Assembly: GCA_045660545.1 (NCBI GenBank)
Contig: JAZREA010000005.1
Span: 5,416-69,415, forward strand
Origin: Clostridia bacterium
GTDB taxonomy: Bacteria; Bacillota; Clostridia; Monoglobales; Firm-18
Direction: 5' to 3'
Length of the DNA: 64,000 nt
The position numbers were made by a program, and so were the translations under genes. The notes under the pieces are model-generated. The model was not told where the DNA came from. It made no database searches and saw nothing but the letters and a program-made list of their open reading frames with translations. Of the stretch, positions 1 to 10,840 are shown one piece after another. The stretch's first letter is position 1, and every line of letters begins with the position of its first letter.

Positions 1-474
1 ATTGAAGCTATCACTGCTATTGACTTTGAAACAATTGGGCTTTTATTCGGCCTGTTTATTGTAATCGGAGGAATTACACATATGGGAATTATAGATGCTG
101 CCGCCACGATGTTGGCAAAAGTGGGTGGAGGCAATGTCTTTGTGTTATATACCGTTATTGTGTGGGCGTCGGTTGTCTTGTCCGCTTTTATTGACAACAT
201 TCCGTATGTTGCAACGATGCTTCCTGTTGTAAGCGGGCTTGCTGCGGAACTTGGGATTGAGCCTACGATTTTGTACTTTGGTCTTTTGTCGGGTGCTACC
301 CTTGGAGGTAACTGCACGCCTATTGGTGCGTCTGCCAACATCACAGGAATAGGCATTTTGAGAAAAGCGGGATATACTGTGAAAAACGGAGATTTTTTCA
401 GAATTGGGATTCCTTTTACCATTGCTGCTATTGTACCTGCGTACATTTACTTTTGGGTTATATATGGAATATAG
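1..474 (+). CDS. ArsB/NhaD-superfamily (CitMHS-like) permease, C-terminal part; 5' end lies outside the window
   Basis: Frame 1 is open from base 1 into listed ORF 82..474. TM-rich sequence with SAFIDNIP and GGNCTPIGASAN motifs typical of this permease superfamily. A terminator follows. Confidence 0.7.
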   Translation: MEAITAIDFETIGLLFGLFIVIGGITHMGIIDAAATMLAKVGGGNVFVLYTVIVWASVVLSAFIDNIPYVATMLPVVSGLAAELGIEPTILYFGLLSGATLGGNCTPIGASANITGIGILRKAGYTVKNGDFFRIGIPFTIAAIVPAYIYFWVIYGI

Positions 475-486
475 TTTTAAAAAAAG

Positions 487-519
487 AACGACCAGGCTTT
501 TTTGTCAGGTCGTTTTTTG
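487..519 (+). terminator. rho-independent terminator after the permease gene
   Basis: AACGACC(487-493) pairs with GGTCGTT(508-514) plus extra pairs, T-rich loop, T-tract 513-518. Confidence 0.7.
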
Positions 520-528
520 TTTATCATA

Positions 529-608
529 CTATTTAGAAAAAAATCTAAATAGGTGTTGACAACGGAAGAGGGTTGTAATATAATCTATTTAGAAATATTT
601 CTAAATAG
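529..608 (+). promoter_or_regulatory. sdpR-like promoter flanked by two palindromic operators (ATTTAGA-N6-TCTAAAT)
   Basis: -35 TTGACA 556-561, 17-nt spacer, -10 TATAAT 579-584. Operator 1 is CTATTTAGA-N6-TCTAAATAG at 529-552. Operator 2 is a perfect 24-bp palindrome CTATTTAGAAATATTTCTAAATAG at 585-608. Confidence 0.75.
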
Positions 609-619
609 GAAGTGGTATT

Positions 620-886
620 ATGGGTATGAGCGAAACGTTAAAAGCTATATCGGACCCTGTAAGAAGAGATATATTATCTTTGCTTAAGGAGGGTAAAAAG
701 TCGGCAGGGGAAATAGGAGAACATTTTGATTTGACGGGGGCGACTGTTTCGTACCATTTGACAAAACTAAAAAAGGCAGACCTTATTGCGGAAGAAAAGT
801 ACAAAAATTTTATATACTACGAGCTTAATACATCTGTATTTGAAGACGTGATTAAATGGATTTATGCGTTAGGGGGGAATAAATAA
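620..886 (+). CDS. sdpR: ArsR-family winged-helix repressor, SdpR-like autorepressor
   Basis: 88 aa; LKAISDPVRRDILSLL...GEIGEHFDLTGATVSYHLTKLKKADLI is the ArsR/SdpR HTH signature. Stop overlaps the start of an SdpI-like gene. Confidence 0.8.
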   Translation: MGMSETLKAISDPVRRDILSLLKEGKKSAGEIGEHFDLTGATVSYHLTKLKKADLIAEEKYKNFIYYELNTSVFEDVIKWIYALGGNK

Positions 887-1497
887 TGAAATTTTTTAAA
901 TGGAAAGTATTTGCTGTTACAAGTGCCGTTTGCTTATTGCCTATAATATTAGGAATATCGCTTTGGAACGAGCTTCCTGACACGATGGCTATACACTTTA
1001 ACATTTACGGGGTTGCGGACAACTTTGCGTCAAAGGGGTTTGTCGTTTTCGGGCTACCTGTGTTGATGGTGTTATTACAGGCGTTTAGCTGTTTTGTAAA
1101 CGACATAAACGCATATAAGCATGGGGAAAGAAAGAAGTTTGAAACTGTGACTAAATGGATTATTCCCTGTTTGACGGTTGTTTTACAAGTAATAACGTTG
1201 GGATACGGACTTGGTTGGAATATAAACATAACAAAGGCGGCTGCTTTAATTGTAGGGGTGCTTTTCCTTGTAACAGGGAACTATCTGCCGAAGTTTGACC
1301 GTATTAAAAATTATGATGTAGATGCTGAAAAAGCCAGAAAAATTAACAGATTCGTTGGTTACGAAACGGTTGTTATGGGGATTTTGTTTATAATTACTGC
1401 GTTTCTGCCGCCTGTAAGCACGGCTATTTGCTTGCTTCTTATGATACCGTACGCTATTATAGCTGTGGTTTACGGAATAAAGGTGGGGCGAAAATAG
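886..1497 (+). CDS. sdpI: SdpI-family membrane immunity/signal-transduction protein (DUF1648 N-terminus)
   Basis: 203 aa polytopic membrane protein translationally coupled (ATGA overlap at 886) to the SdpR-like gene; LPDTMAIHFNIYGVADNFASK N-terminal motif. Confidence 0.7.
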   Translation: MKFFKWKVFAVTSAVCLLPIILGISLWNELPDTMAIHFNIYGVADNFASKGFVVFGLPVLMVLLQAFSCFVNDINAYKHGERKKFETVTKWIIPCLTVVLQVITLGYGLGWNINITKAAALIVGVLFLVTGNYLPKFDRIKNYDVDAEKARKINRFVGYETVVMGILFIITAFLPPVSTAICLLLMIPYAIIAVVYGIKVGRK

Positions 1498-1509
1498 AGT
1501 TTTGGATAC

Positions 1510-1546
1510 AAAAAAGACAGTATGATAAAAACATACTGTCTTTTTA
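1510..1546. terminator. bidirectional rho-independent terminator between convergent sdpI and ymdB
   Basis: GACAGTATG(1516-1524)/CATACTGTC(1532-1540) stem flanked by an A-tract and a T-tract. Confidence 0.8.
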
Positions 1547-1549
1547 TTT

Positions 1550-2326
1550 TTATAAAATTTGAAGTCTTTCGACGGAAATTGCCTTGCCGGTTGATTCGTC
1601 GACGTCTACTATCAGGGCGTTTAGTGTAACCGGGCCTGATTGTATTTCGTGCCTTTGGTGTGTGCAGGTGAGGAATTTTTTAATAATAATTTCCTTCTTT
1701 ACACCAAGCACGCTGTCGTGGCACCCTGTCATACCGACATCGGTAATATACGCTGTGCCGTTTGGCAAAATCTTTTCGTCTGCGGTCTGGACGTGCGTAT
1801 GTGTGCCGAAAACGGCAGAGACCTTACCGTCCAGGTAAAAACCCATCGCGAGCTTTTCACTCGTCGCTTCCGCGTGGAAGTCAACGATTATGACATCGGA
1901 TTCGTCCTTTATTTTAGATACAACCTCGTCTGCCTTTGCAAAGGGACAGTCGCAAGATTCCATAAAAACTCTGCCGATAAGGCTTATTACGCCGACGCGG
2001 ACGCCGCATATATCGCAAACGGTATATCCCGCCCCTTCGTTAGATGAGGGGAGGTTAGCCGGGCGAAGTACGGGGAAGTCGTTGTCAAACAATTCGTAAA
2101 TATCCTTATGGTTATAGGTATGGTTACCCATGGTGATTACATCCACACCGCAGCCGTACAGGGTCTTGGCAGTTTCGATATTTATGCCCTTGCCTACGGG
2201 GGTGGAGTTTTCGCCATTTGCAACAACAAAGTCGATTTTATTTAAATTTTTGAGCGTTCCTAAGTGGCTGCGAAGATACTCTACGCCATCGCTTCCAACT
2301 ATGTCGCCGATTAGCATTATTCTCAT
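1550..2326 (-). CDS. ymdB: YmdB-type metallophosphoesterase (TIGR00282 family, 2',3'-cyclic-nucleotide phosphodiesterase)
   Basis: 258 aa; MRIMLIGDIVG...ANGEN...GNHT...DFHAEATSEK...GTHTHVQTAD metallophosphoesterase motif series. Confidence 0.85.
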   Translation of the reverse strand: MRIMLIGDIVGSDGVEYLRSHLGTLKNLNKIDFVVANGENSTPVGKGINIETAKTLYGCGVDVITMGNHTYNHKDIYELFDNDFPVLRPANLPSSNEGAGYTVCDICGVRVGVISLIGRVFMESCDCPFAKADEVVSKIKDESDVIIVDFHAEATSEKLAMGFYLDGKVSAVFGTHTHVQTADEKILPNGTAYITDVGMTGCHDSVLGVKKEIIIKKFLTCTHQRHEIQSGPVTLNALIVDVDESTGKAISVERLQIL

Positions 2327-2349
2327 TAAAAATAGTCCTTTATATAACT

Positions 2350-3663
2350 TTATTCGCGGGTAATTCCGAACTTTTCCTTGTTTTCGTCGCGCGTCTTTAA
2401 CATTACCCTTATTCCGCCAACTGCTGCCAAAACAAGCATTATGTCAAAAAGTGTGTTGAACGTGTAGGTCGCGGCACGTATCTCGCAGTTGCCGTTTAGC
2501 ACCACAGCGGACACAAGCGCCAAAAGCCACATAACAACAAGACCGACGGAAAATTCACCGACGTATTTAAGGGCAGGGTATTTCTTGCGTACAAACAGTG
2601 CTACAAGAACGTACACAAGCGCTATTACCATAAAGCTTGTAAGGCCTGTTGGGATATAGAGCTTTTTTACAGTGCCGTACAGGTTAAAGGGCATGGTTGA
2701 CTCAAAGTAGAACGCCGCCTTTGCCTCGTTGTTTAAAAGCTTTATAAAATTAACCGGGTGGGTGATGTAATAGCCGATGATTTTTTTGTAACTGATTTTG
2801 CTATAAAAAGTGTTTTCGAGGTCGTAGCTTTCGGCGTCTTCTTTCATACCGTAGTAGACTTCTTTAAAGTCATTAAGCTTAGGGTCGAGGCCTAAAACTT
2901 CTACGCTATCGAACTTGGCTACGCCGTAGAAAACGGAGTTATAAAGGCTTTGCTTATAGTCGGCACTCTTATAGTTAAATGTAAAAGCTACGCTTTGTAC
3001 AAGCAAAACTGCACCTAAAACGACAGCCAAAACAGAAGCTGATTTGGAGGACGAAAGTCTATAAAGCCTGATTAGCAAAAAGCCGAGAACCAAAGACGTT
3101 ACAGCCTGCGCTGTTCCTAAGCAGCTATACGCCAAAACCGCTAAAAACGCAAGTATTATACCCGATAAGCCGACCTTTTCCCTTTTATAAAAATATGCAA
3201 ACATTGAGCATATTAAAAGTAAAAGTATCAAAATCAGCGGGTAAATGTGAAGAGTTTTAAAGTATGCGAGGTTTGAAAAGTCGCAAAAGACAAACAGCAA
3301 AAGACCTGCGCAAAGATATGTTGTCCAACTATGCGAAGTTTTAGACGCAGAAGTTATGGCAAGGCACAGGACCAGAACAAGAAAAATCCCCAGCAAAGCT
3401 ATTGGAAGCATAGCGGGTATAGTGCCGTTTATCGCCATCTTCTTCATAACAGACACAAGCGTCTCTTGCGTTCCGTCAAGCGAAACAGAGCTATTAAGAA
3501 CTCCGTATGCATAACCGCTGTCGGAAGAATACAGCCCCATCTTTTCCATAAAGGATATGGGGACGGTGTCTACACCGACAGAGGAGGATATGATTGCAAA
3601 AACAAGCAAAACAGTCGCAGTAGTCGCAACTATAAGGAGAGGCCAATTTTCCTTTGATTTCAT
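2350..3663 (-). CDS. polytopic integral membrane protein of unknown function
   Basis: 437 aa, at least 9 hydrophobic segments, in the operon between folC and ymdB; no family recognised. Confidence 0.5.
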   Translation of the reverse strand: MKSKENWPLLIVATTATVLLVFAIISSSVGVDTVPISFMEKMGLYSSDSGYAYGVLNSSVSLDGTQETLVSVMKKMAINGTIPAMLPIALLGIFLVLVLCLAITSASKTSHSWTTYLCAGLLLFVFCDFSNLAYFKTLHIYPLILILLLLICSMFAYFYKREKVGLSGIILAFLAVLAYSCLGTAQAVTSLVLGFLLIRLYRLSSSKSASVLAVVLGAVLLVQSVAFTFNYKSADYKQSLYNSVFYGVAKFDSVEVLGLDPKLNDFKEVYYGMKEDAESYDLENTFYSKISYKKIIGYYITHPVNFIKLLNNEAKAAFYFESTMPFNLYGTVKKLYIPTGLTSFMVIALVYVLVALFVRKKYPALKYVGEFSVGLVVMWLLALVSAVVLNGNCEIRAATYTFNTLFDIMLVLAAVGGIRVMLKTRDENKEKFGITRE

Positions 3664-3677
3664 ATTAAAACCTCCAA

Positions 3678-4925
3678 TTACAAAAGTTCGCGGTCTATAA
3701 GACCAAGCAGATACAAAGAGCCGCAGACACAGATAACGCCGTTTGGACCCGTTAACGTCTTTGCAAGTGCTATTGCTTTATTAACGTCAGGCTCGGCGTA
3801 AACAGAGGAAAAAGAGCCTTTCGCCGCAGAAGCTAACTCCTCGGCAGTCGTTTTTCTCGGGTTGTCTGTTTCGGTTGCGACAAATGTGTCGGCAACGGTC
3901 GACAAAAGCTCTATACATTTTTGATACTCTTTGTCTTTTAACATAGCTGTTACAAGAGTGACTTTTTTATCAGGGAAGTATGTTTTAAGAGCGTCAGTAA
4001 GCTCGGTAACTCCTGATAAGTTGTGTGCGCCGTCCTGTATTATAAGCGGGTTTTCGGATAAAAGCTCGAGCCTTCCTCTAAAACGTGTTGTGCCAAGACC
4101 TTCCCTTATAGCTTCGTCGCTGACGCCGATAAGGCGGGAAGCCTCTATTGCGGACACTGCGTTATAGACCTGATGCTTGCCAAGCATATTTATATGGTAT
4201 GGCTCTTCTTTGTACAAAAAGTCTGTACCCCAAATATCCTGTTTTATGATTTTAACCGAGCTTTTATCGGGTATAACAAGGCTAACGCCCGTCTTTTCAC
4301 AAGCGCTTTTAATGACTTCGTCTGCCTCGGCAGGGTTGTTGGCGTAGGAAATAACGGAGGAGCCGCTTTTTATAATACCGCACTTTTCGAACGCTATTTT
4401 TGCAACCGTGTCGCCAAGGTATTCTGTATGGTCTAAGCTTATGCTTGTGATTATTGCAAGAACGGGTGGTGGGATGACGTTTGTGGCGTCGAACCTGCCG
4501 CCCATACCGACCTCGAGAACTACGTAGTCGCAGCCCTGGTCATAAAAATACAAAAATCCGATTGCAGTAACAAGCTCAAACTCGGTAGGCTCAATACCGC
4601 TGTCTTGCAACGCATCTTTTACTTGGCTTGTGTACTTTGCAAGGTCTTCCTTTGAAATTTCGGCATTGTTAATCTGGATGCGCTCTGTAAACGAATAGAC
4701 GTAGGGGGAGATATACTTTCCCACCTTGTAGCCGTCTTTGATTAACATATCTGAAATATACGAAGTGGTGGAGCCCTTGCCGTTTGTGCCTGCTATGTGT
4801 ATGAATTTTAGCTTTTTATGAGGATTACCGAGGCGGTTTAAAAGCGCCTCGGTAGTATCAAGACCAAGCTTTATTCCAAACTTATTTTTTGAATGGATAT
4901 ATTCTATGCTTTGTTGGTAATTCAT
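3678..4925 (-). CDS. folC: bifunctional folylpolyglutamate synthase / dihydrofolate synthase
   Basis: 415 aa; [12 protein letters not shown]-loop of Mur-ligase fold, FolC-like N-terminus; start overlaps valS stop. Confidence 0.9.
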   Translation of the reverse strand: MNYQQSIEYIHSKNKFGIKLGLDTTEALLNRLGNPHKKLKFIHIAGTNGKGSTTSYISDMLIKDGYKVGKYISPYVYSFTERIQINNAEISKEDLAKYTSQVKDALQDSGIEPTEFELVTAIGFLYFYDQGCDYVVLEVGMGGRFDATNVIPPPVLAIITSISLDHTEYLGDTVAKIAFEKCGIIKSGSSVISYANNPAEADEVIKSACEKTGVSLVIPDKSSVKIIKQDIWGTDFLYKEEPYHINMLGKHQVYNAVSAIEASRLIGVSDEAIREGLGTTRFRGRLELLSENPLIIQDGAHNLSGVTELTDALKTYFPDKKVTLVTAMLKDKEYQKCIELLSTVADTFVATETDNPRKTTAEELASAAKGSFSSVYAEPDVNKAIALAKTLTGPNGVICVCGSLYLLGLIDRELL

Positions 4926-7534
4926 TTTAATTTTTCTATACCTTCCAGGACTTTGTCAAGCATTTCGCGGTACATATCGCCCTTTGCCTTTTCCTTTTCA
5001 ACAACTGCGGCAGGAGCCTTGGCAACGAAAGATTCGTTGGAAAGCTTGTTTTCTACGCGGCTGATTTCGTCTTCAAGACGCTTTTTCTCGGCGCTTAGAC
5101 GTTCGAGCTCTTTGTCTTTGTCTACAAGGTCGCCTTGTGGCATAAATATCTCAGCCTTGTTTACTACAACACAAACGGAGTTTTCGGGTATTTCGGATTT
5201 GTCCGAAGTAACTACAACTTCGTTTGCGCCGGCAAGCTTGATGTAGAAAGCGGCGCCTGCTTCAAAGAGGTCTTTATCTTCTGTTACTATTACAAGCTTT
5301 GCCTTCTTTGAAGGCGGAACATTCATTTCTGCACGAAGGTTTCTTACAGCCTTAATAGCTTCCTTGATAGTTTCGAGGCTTTCCTCCTCGTTGGAGAAGT
5401 TAAGCTTTTCGTCCGCTACGCTCCAGTCTGAAATCATGATGCTCTTTTTATCAGACACCGGTAGATAGCTGTATATCTCCTCGGTTATAAACGGCATAAA
5501 AGGATGAAGAAGCTTTAATATGTTGGAAAGAACATATATAAGCACGTTCTGTGGGTTTTTGTCTGTGCCGAGCCTTGGCTTTACAAGCTCGATATACCAG
5601 TCGCAGAATTCATCCCAGATAAAATCATAAAGGTTCTGGACAGCGATTCCGAGCTCGTATTTATCGAGGTTGTCCGTAACGCGCTCGATTAGCTTATTGA
5701 GCTTACTCAAAATCCACTTGTCTTCAAGCTCCAAAGAGGAGGGGAGAACGTCGCTTGCGCTTTCGTCCGCGTTCATAAGAACGAACCTTGATGCGTTCCA
5801 GATTTTGTTAGCGAAGTTTCTGCTTGCCTCAACCCTTTCGTCATAAAAACGCATATCGTTACCCGGAGAGTTACCGGTAGCGAGAGTGAATCTTAGCGCG
5901 TCTGCACCGTATTTGTCTATAACTTCGAGCGGGTCGATACCGTTGCCGAGAGATTTACTCATCTTTCTGCCCTGGCTATCACGAACGATACCGTGTATCA
6001 AGACGGTGTCAAACGGGCTTTTGCCCATATGCTCAACGCCGCTGAATATCATACGTGCTACCCAGAAGAAGATGATGTCATAGCCTGTAACGAGAACGCT
6101 TGTGGGATAGAAGTAGTCAAGCTCTTCTGTCTTGTCCGGCCATCCCAAAGTGGCAAACGGCCAAAGAGCCGACGAGAACCATGTGTCCAAAACGTCGTTG
6201 TCTTGTCTTACGTTTGCGCCGCACTTGGGGCAAGTGGTGATATCTGTTTTGGAAACAGTAGTCTCGCCACATTCGTCGCAGTAGAAAGCGGGGATTCTGT
6301 GACCCCACCAGAGCTGACGGGAAATACACCAGTCGTGTACGTTTTCCATCCAGTTTGTGTATGTCTTGGTAAAGCGTTCAGGAACAAAGCGGGTAGTACC
6401 GTTTTTAACAACTTCGAGCGCAGGCTCTGCAAGAGGCTGCATTTTAACAAACCACTGCTTTGAAGTCATAGGTTCTACGGTTGTTCCGCACCTGTAACAC
6501 TGGCCAACATTGTGTGAGTGGTCCTCAACTTTAAGCAGGAGGCCAAGCTTTTCCAAATCTGCTACAACGGCCTTTCTTGCCTCGTATCTGTCCATTCCCT
6601 CGTATTTGCCGCCGTTTGCGTTGATTGTTGCGTCGTCGTTCATAACCTTGATTTGTTCGAGGTTATGTCTAAGGCCAACTTCAAAGTCGTTAGGGTCGTG
6701 AGCAGGAGTAATTTTAACGCAACCTGTTCCGAACTCCTTGTCGACGTAGTCGTCTGCGATAACGGGGATTTCTCTATCCATAAGAGGAAGCATAAGTGTC
6801 TTGCCTACAAGGTCTTTATACCTTTCGTCTTCCGGATTAACCGCTACGGCAGTATCGCCCATCAAGGTCTCCGGACGGGTTGTAGCGATTATTACATAGC
6901 CGTCTGAGCCTACGATTGGGTACTTAATGTGCCAGAAATGTCCCGGCTGGTCTGCGTACTCAACCTCTGCGTCAGAAAGCGCAGTAGTACAGTGAGGACA
7001 CCAGTTTATAATTCTGTTGCCCTGATATATAAGGCCCTTGTTGTATAGGTTTACAAACACTTCGCGGACTGCCTTTGAGCACTTTTCGTCCATTGTGAAG
7101 CGCTCTCTGTCCCAGTCGCACGAGCTTCCGAGCTTTTTAAGCTGGTTTATGATGTTGCTGCCGTACTGGTGCTTCCATTCCCACACTCTTTCTAAGAACT
7201 TTTCACGGCCGAGGTCGTATCTTGTCAGGCCTTCCTCGTTCCTTAAAACTTCTTCAACCTTTATCTGTGTGGCTATACCTGCGTGGTCTGTACCAGGCAG
7301 CCAAAGAGCTTCTTCGCCCTTCATTCTGTGGTATCTGATAAGTATATCCTGCAAGGTTTCGTCAAGCGCGTGGCCCATATGGAGCTTGCCTGTTACGTTT
7401 GGCGGCGGGATTACTATGGTAAAAGGCTTTTTGTCCGGGTTGGGCTTTGCGTGGAAATAGCCTTTTGACACCCATTCGTTATAGAGTCGGTCTTCAACCT
7501 TTTTCGGGTCGTACTTAGTTTCTAAGTTTTTCAT
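4922..7534 (-). CDS. valS: valine--tRNA ligase
   Basis: 870 aa; [15 protein letters not shown] (HIGH) and KMSKSLGN (KMSKS) motifs, C-terminal coiled coil. Confidence 0.97.
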   Translation of the reverse strand: MKNLETKYDPKKVEDRLYNEWVSKGYFHAKPNPDKKPFTIVIPPPNVTGKLHMGHALDETLQDILIRYHRMKGEEALWLPGTDHAGIATQIKVEEVLRNEEGLTRYDLGREKFLERVWEWKHQYGSNIINQLKKLGSSCDWDRERFTMDEKCSKAVREVFVNLYNKGLIYQGNRIINWCPHCTTALSDAEVEYADQPGHFWHIKYPIVGSDGYVIIATTRPETLMGDTAVAVNPEDERYKDLVGKTLMLPLMDREIPVIADDYVDKEFGTGCVKITPAHDPNDFEVGLRHNLEQIKVMNDDATINANGGKYEGMDRYEARKAVVADLEKLGLLLKVEDHSHNVGQCYRCGTTVEPMTSKQWFVKMQPLAEPALEVVKNGTTRFVPERFTKTYTNWMENVHDWCISRQLWWGHRIPAFYCDECGETTVSKTDITTCPKCGANVRQDNDVLDTWFSSALWPFATLGWPDKTEELDYFYPTSVLVTGYDIIFFWVARMIFSGVEHMGKSPFDTVLIHGIVRDSQGRKMSKSLGNGIDPLEVIDKYGADALRFTLATGNSPGNDMRFYDERVEASRNFANKIWNASRFVLMNADESASDVLPSSLELEDKWILSKLNKLIERVTDNLDKYELGIAVQNLYDFIWDEFCDWYIELVKPRLGTDKNPQNVLIYVLSNILKLLHPFMPFITEEIYSYLPVSDKKSIMISDWSVADEKLNFSNEEESLETIKEAIKAVRNLRAEMNVPPSKKAKLVIVTEDKDLFEAGAAFYIKLAGANEVVVTSDKSEIPENSVCVVVNKAEIFMPQGDLVDKDKELERLSAEKKRLEDEISRVENKLSNESFVAKAPAAVVEKEKAKGDMYREMLDKVLEGIEKLK

Positions 7535-9432
7535 TGGTCTTCTCCTCTTTCTACTTGGTAGTCCTTGATATTTCGATATTGCAATAATTTATATTTGTTT
7601 ATTACTTCGTTTTGTTCCTCTGTTAAAGTTTCCTCCAGCGTTCCGGGGTAGCCGTTATGGTTCCTCGAAAGCAGAGGTGCAAAGTTAGACATTTCGTCAC
7701 AAAACGCAAAGAACGGCGGAAGCTCTAAATCCATATATTTAAACATTTTAACAGCAAGATAGTTTGCTGAAATGAGCTCTTGCTCGCCCTTTAACTGAGG
7801 CTTGGTGCTTCTTAAAAATGCCTTATTGCCGATTATAAGATAGTCGGTTGAGTACATATTTAAAAGATTCTGTGCATCCTTACTTTCGCCGCCTATGTCG
7901 AGCCCTAACTTTTTGAACATAGTCTGCTCGTCGTCAAGGTAGGGAAGGTGGTCACCGAAGAACACTAAAACTGTGGGCTCATCTATGGTATTTATATAGT
8001 CATAGATTGTTTCCAGCAAGACGTCTGCCGCCTTTATTCCGCCCAGGTAGTTGTTGATTATATAATATTCGTTTTCTGCAAGCTCGGGCGTTTTGGCAAC
8101 GTATTCCTTGCCGTAGGTGAGCCTTTTTTCGTTATACGGACCGTGGTTTTGTATCGTGATTGTGAAGCTGAAGTGGCCGCCCTCTTCACCGCTTTCGATA
8201 TGCTTTTGAAAGTCGGATATTATCATATCCGAAGCCAGAGTGTCGTCGGCGTAATAACCTGTGGACAGGGGTATCTCTACGCCTTGTGCCTCTAAGTCAT
8301 CTCTGGACGTAAAGCTGTCGAAGCCAAGCCTTGGATAAACGTTTTGCCTGTTATAAAACCAGGCGTTACCCGGGTGCATGGCGCTTGTTGTAAAGCCTGC
8401 TTCCTTAAAAAGCTGCACTATGGAGTAGGCGTCCTGGGTAATAAGCGTTTTGTATGCCGTAGGCATTGTGGGGCTGATTGCCGACGTGTTACAGCCCGTT
8501 AAAAACTCAAACTCGGTGCTTGATGTGGCCCCGCCAAAGCCCGGGACGTATATTTGTCCGTAGCAGGCTTTTTTTCTGAGATTGTTCATATATGAATAAG
8601 GGTTTTCGTCGACAAATTCGATATTTCCCCAATCCTGAACATCGGTGTAAGCTTCGCACATTATGGCTATAACATTTGGGGCGTCGGACGGGATTTTATT
8701 GTCCGGATACGCGGACAGTATTTCGTCCGTATTTTCACCTGAGTAACTGTCGGGCTTGTCATAGCGCATGACAGACGTATTGTTTATAAGAGAGTATACA
8801 AGGCCTTTGCTTGAAACGATTGTAGTTTCGTGGAAAATACCAAGATCCGCCAAAAGAGCGTTGTATATTCTGGTGTTTTGATATATCAGGCTATATGCTC
8901 CTGCGCTGAGCGCGAGGGTTACGACAATTCCTATAAGCGAGGTGAGAAGCCCCGGCCTTTTGTTTTTAACCCTTTTGGCAACAAACCAAAAGGACAAGGC
9001 ACACACGACGACTACCAGTATGACGATGCCGTCAACAGTAATGTCGTAGTTTTGGATAATATTTTTAGCCTCTTTTGCAAGAGAGAAATCTGTCGGATTA
9101 AGGGGCTCATCACGAAACTTGATTTTAAAGTGGTTGATGAGCAACAACACAGAGAGAACTATGTTTGTTATAATAAATGACCATGATATTTTGCCTATTG
9201 TGAAATACAAAAACAGCAAAAGTAAAAATATGGGGATTATGTTAAACAGCATAATGGGCCCATAAAGCTGAAGAACGTTGAAGTTTTGCGCAACCATCTG
9301 GTACAAAACTGTCCAGATTGCCATGACAAAAAGCAAAATAAGGGAACGGTGCAGAGAAAAATCTCCGTTATCGTTAAACGTTTTTTTGATGTAATTGAAA
9401 ATAGATTTAAAAAAAGATTTAACCTTTTGCAT
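7531..9432 (-). CDS. LTA synthase family protein (N-terminal TM bundle + sulfatase-like domain)
   Basis: 633 aa; five N-terminal TM segments then an alkaline-phosphatase/sulfatase-like domain ([18 protein letters not shown]); stop overlaps valS start. Confidence 0.75.
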   Translation of the reverse strand: MQKVKSFFKSIFNYIKKTFNDNGDFSLHRSLILLFVMAIWTVLYQMVAQNFNVLQLYGPIMLFNIIPIFLLLLFLYFTIGKISWSFIITNIVLSVLLLINHFKIKFRDEPLNPTDFSLAKEAKNIIQNYDITVDGIVILVVVVCALSFWFVAKRVKNKRPGLLTSLIGIVVTLALSAGAYSLIYQNTRIYNALLADLGIFHETTIVSSKGLVYSLINNTSVMRYDKPDSYSGENTDEILSAYPDNKIPSDAPNVIAIMCEAYTDVQDWGNIEFVDENPYSYMNNLRKKACYGQIYVPGFGGATSSTEFEFLTGCNTSAISPTMPTAYKTLITQDAYSIVQLFKEAGFTTSAMHPGNAWFYNRQNVYPRLGFDSFTSRDDLEAQGVEIPLSTGYYADDTLASDMIISDFQKHIESGEEGGHFSFTITIQNHGPYNEKRLTYGKEYVAKTPELAENEYYIINNYLGGIKAADVLLETIYDYINTIDEPTVLVFFGDHLPYLDDEQTMFKKLGLDIGGESKDAQNLLNMYSTDYLIIGNKAFLRSTKPQLKGEQELISANYLAVKMFKYMDLELPPFFAFCDEMSNFAPLLSRNHNGYPGTLEETLTEEQNEVINKYKLLQYRNIKDYQVERGEDQ

Positions 9433-9441
9433 AAATTAACC

Positions 9442-10086
9442 TCATTTTATTTTCAATATCTCCAATGGGTGAGAAACAATCGCCTGCGGACCGCCGCTTT
9501 GTAACTCTTTTTCGTCTCTGAATCCCCAGAGCGCACCTATTGTAAACAGGCCTGTGTTTTTACCTGTTTTCATATCTGTTAAGGTGTCTCCCGTGTATAT
9601 GCAGTCGCTCTTTGTAACGCCGAGGGATTTGATTACGGCCTCGGGCATATCGGGAGCGGGCTTTACGGGCACGCCTTCTTTTTGCCCCAGGCAGACGTCT
9701 ATAAGGTCGCCGAAAAGCTCGTCACAAATCTTTTTGACAGTGGAGTGGGGCTTGTTGGAGACAACGCCTGTTTTGCATCCGTTTTTCTTAAGATTTTGTA
9801 AAAGCTCTACAATTCCATCGTAGGGCTCGGTCAGATACATAAAGTCGTCGTCATATGTAGAGTTGTATTCGGGATAGACTTTGTCAAAAAACAGTTCCTC
9901 GTCCGCGCCGACCTCTGCGAGCATACGCTTTACAAGGGTTACCGCGCCGTCGCCTACCAAAAGCTTGTAACGCTCGGTTGGTATGGTGTCAAGACCATAT
10001 TTTGCAAGCGCGCGGTTTGCAAAGTAAGCTATTGAATTTAACGAGTTTACCAAAGTGCCATCCAAATCAAATAAATAAGTTCTCAT
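9442..10086 (-). CDS. HAD-superfamily hydrolase (phosphoglycolate phosphatase / PpaX-like)
   Basis: 214 aa; FDLDGTLVNS motif I, VSNK motif II, GDTLTD motif IV. Confidence 0.8.
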   Translation of the reverse strand: MRTYLFDLDGTLVNSLNSIAYFANRALAKYGLDTIPTERYKLLVGDGAVTLVKRMLAEVGADEELFFDKVYPEYNSTYDDDFMYLTEPYDGIVELLQNLKKNGCKTGVVSNKPHSTVKKICDELFGDLIDVCLGQKEGVPVKPAPDMPEAVIKSLGVTKSDCIYTGDTLTDMKTGKNTGLFTIGALWGFRDEKELQSGGPQAIVSHPLEILKIK

Positions 10087-10249
10087 TAGTATTTCTCCTT
10101 ATTAATTATATGCTTTTCTATTTTACTACAAAAGGCCTAAATAGTCAATAAATTTAGGAAAAAATCTGTCGTTTGCATATATAATGAAGAAAAAATTATA
10201 TATGATATTGAAAAATGCTAAAAAAAGGGCATAAATTTTTAAAAAAGTA

Positions 10250-10278
10250 TTGCTTTTGGAACAAAAGTATGTTAAAAT
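10250..10278 (+). promoter_or_regulatory. sigma-A-type promoter of the rimP-nusA-infB operon
   Basis: -35 TTGCTT 10250-10255, 17-nt spacer, TGT-TAAAAT extended -10 at 10270-10278. Confidence 0.6.
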
Positions 10279-10309
10279 ATGACACAGAAGGTATATTGGA
10301 TAAGTCAAG

Positions 10310-10340
10310 GAGTGGGGTTTCCCACTCTTTGTTTATTGTT
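10310..10340 (+). terminator. leader terminator/attenuator hairpin upstream of rimP
   Basis: GAGTGGG(10310-10316)/CCCACTC(10321-10327), 4-nt loop, then TTTGTTTATTGTTT; lies between the predicted promoter and the rimP SD. Confidence 0.55.
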
Positions 10341-10354
10341 TGGAGGTGTAAATT

Positions 10355-10816
10355 GTGATATTTTCAAAGACGGAAAAGCTTACTTACGATATGGCTTTGC
10401 CTATTGTTAACTCCAATGGTTACGAGATTTATGACGTTGAGTACGTTAAGGAAGGACCGCACTGGTTTTTGAGAGTTTTTATCGACCGTGAAGAAGGGGT
10501 TAATATCGATGACTGCGAGGTTATAAGCAGAAGCCTTGGTGCTTTGCTCGACGAGAAGGACTGCATCGGAAGTAATTACTTTTTAGAAGTATCCTCCCCG
10601 GGAATTGAGAGGAACCTGCGCCACGACGAGCACTTCCAAAGTGCAGTTGGGCAATCGGTAAAAATCAAGCTTTACAAGCAGGTGGGCGACCTAAAAGAGG
10701 TCGAGGGTGAGCTTATCGCCGCAGAACACGACAAGCTGACGGTTGACGCACAAAACGGCCCGATTGATGTGGAAAAGAAAAATATTGCAAAGGCTAATAT
10801 ATTATTTGAGTTTTAA
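10355..10816 (+). CDS. rimP: ribosome maturation factor RimP
   Basis: 153 aa, GTG start 9 nt after GGAGG; conserved position upstream of nusA; LEVSSPGIER motif. Confidence 0.9.
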   Translation: MIFSKTEKLTYDMALPIVNSNGYEIYDVEYVKEGPHWFLRVFIDREEGVNIDDCEVISRSLGALLDEKDCIGSNYFLEVSSPGIERNLRHDEHFQSAVGQSVKIKLYKQVGDLKEVEGELIAAEHDKLTVDAQNGPIDVEKKNIAKANILFEF

Positions 10817-10840
10817 TAAAACAGGAGGATTTTGGAAAAA

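Noticed and set aside
10136-10158. CCTAAAT-N9-ATTTAGG palindrome as a fourth SdpR-type operator
   Set aside because: The half-sites are in everted order (CTAAAT...ATTTAG) with 9-nt spacing, unlike ATTTAGA-N6-TCTAAAT. It is most simply an unrelated AT-rich palindrome in the divergent promoter region.
10126-10308. 60-aa minus-strand ORF in the HAD/rimP intergenic region
   Set aside because: It is AT-rich promoter DNA with an Ile/Phe/Asn/Tyr-rich translation and no SD, and it overlaps the predicted rimP promoter.
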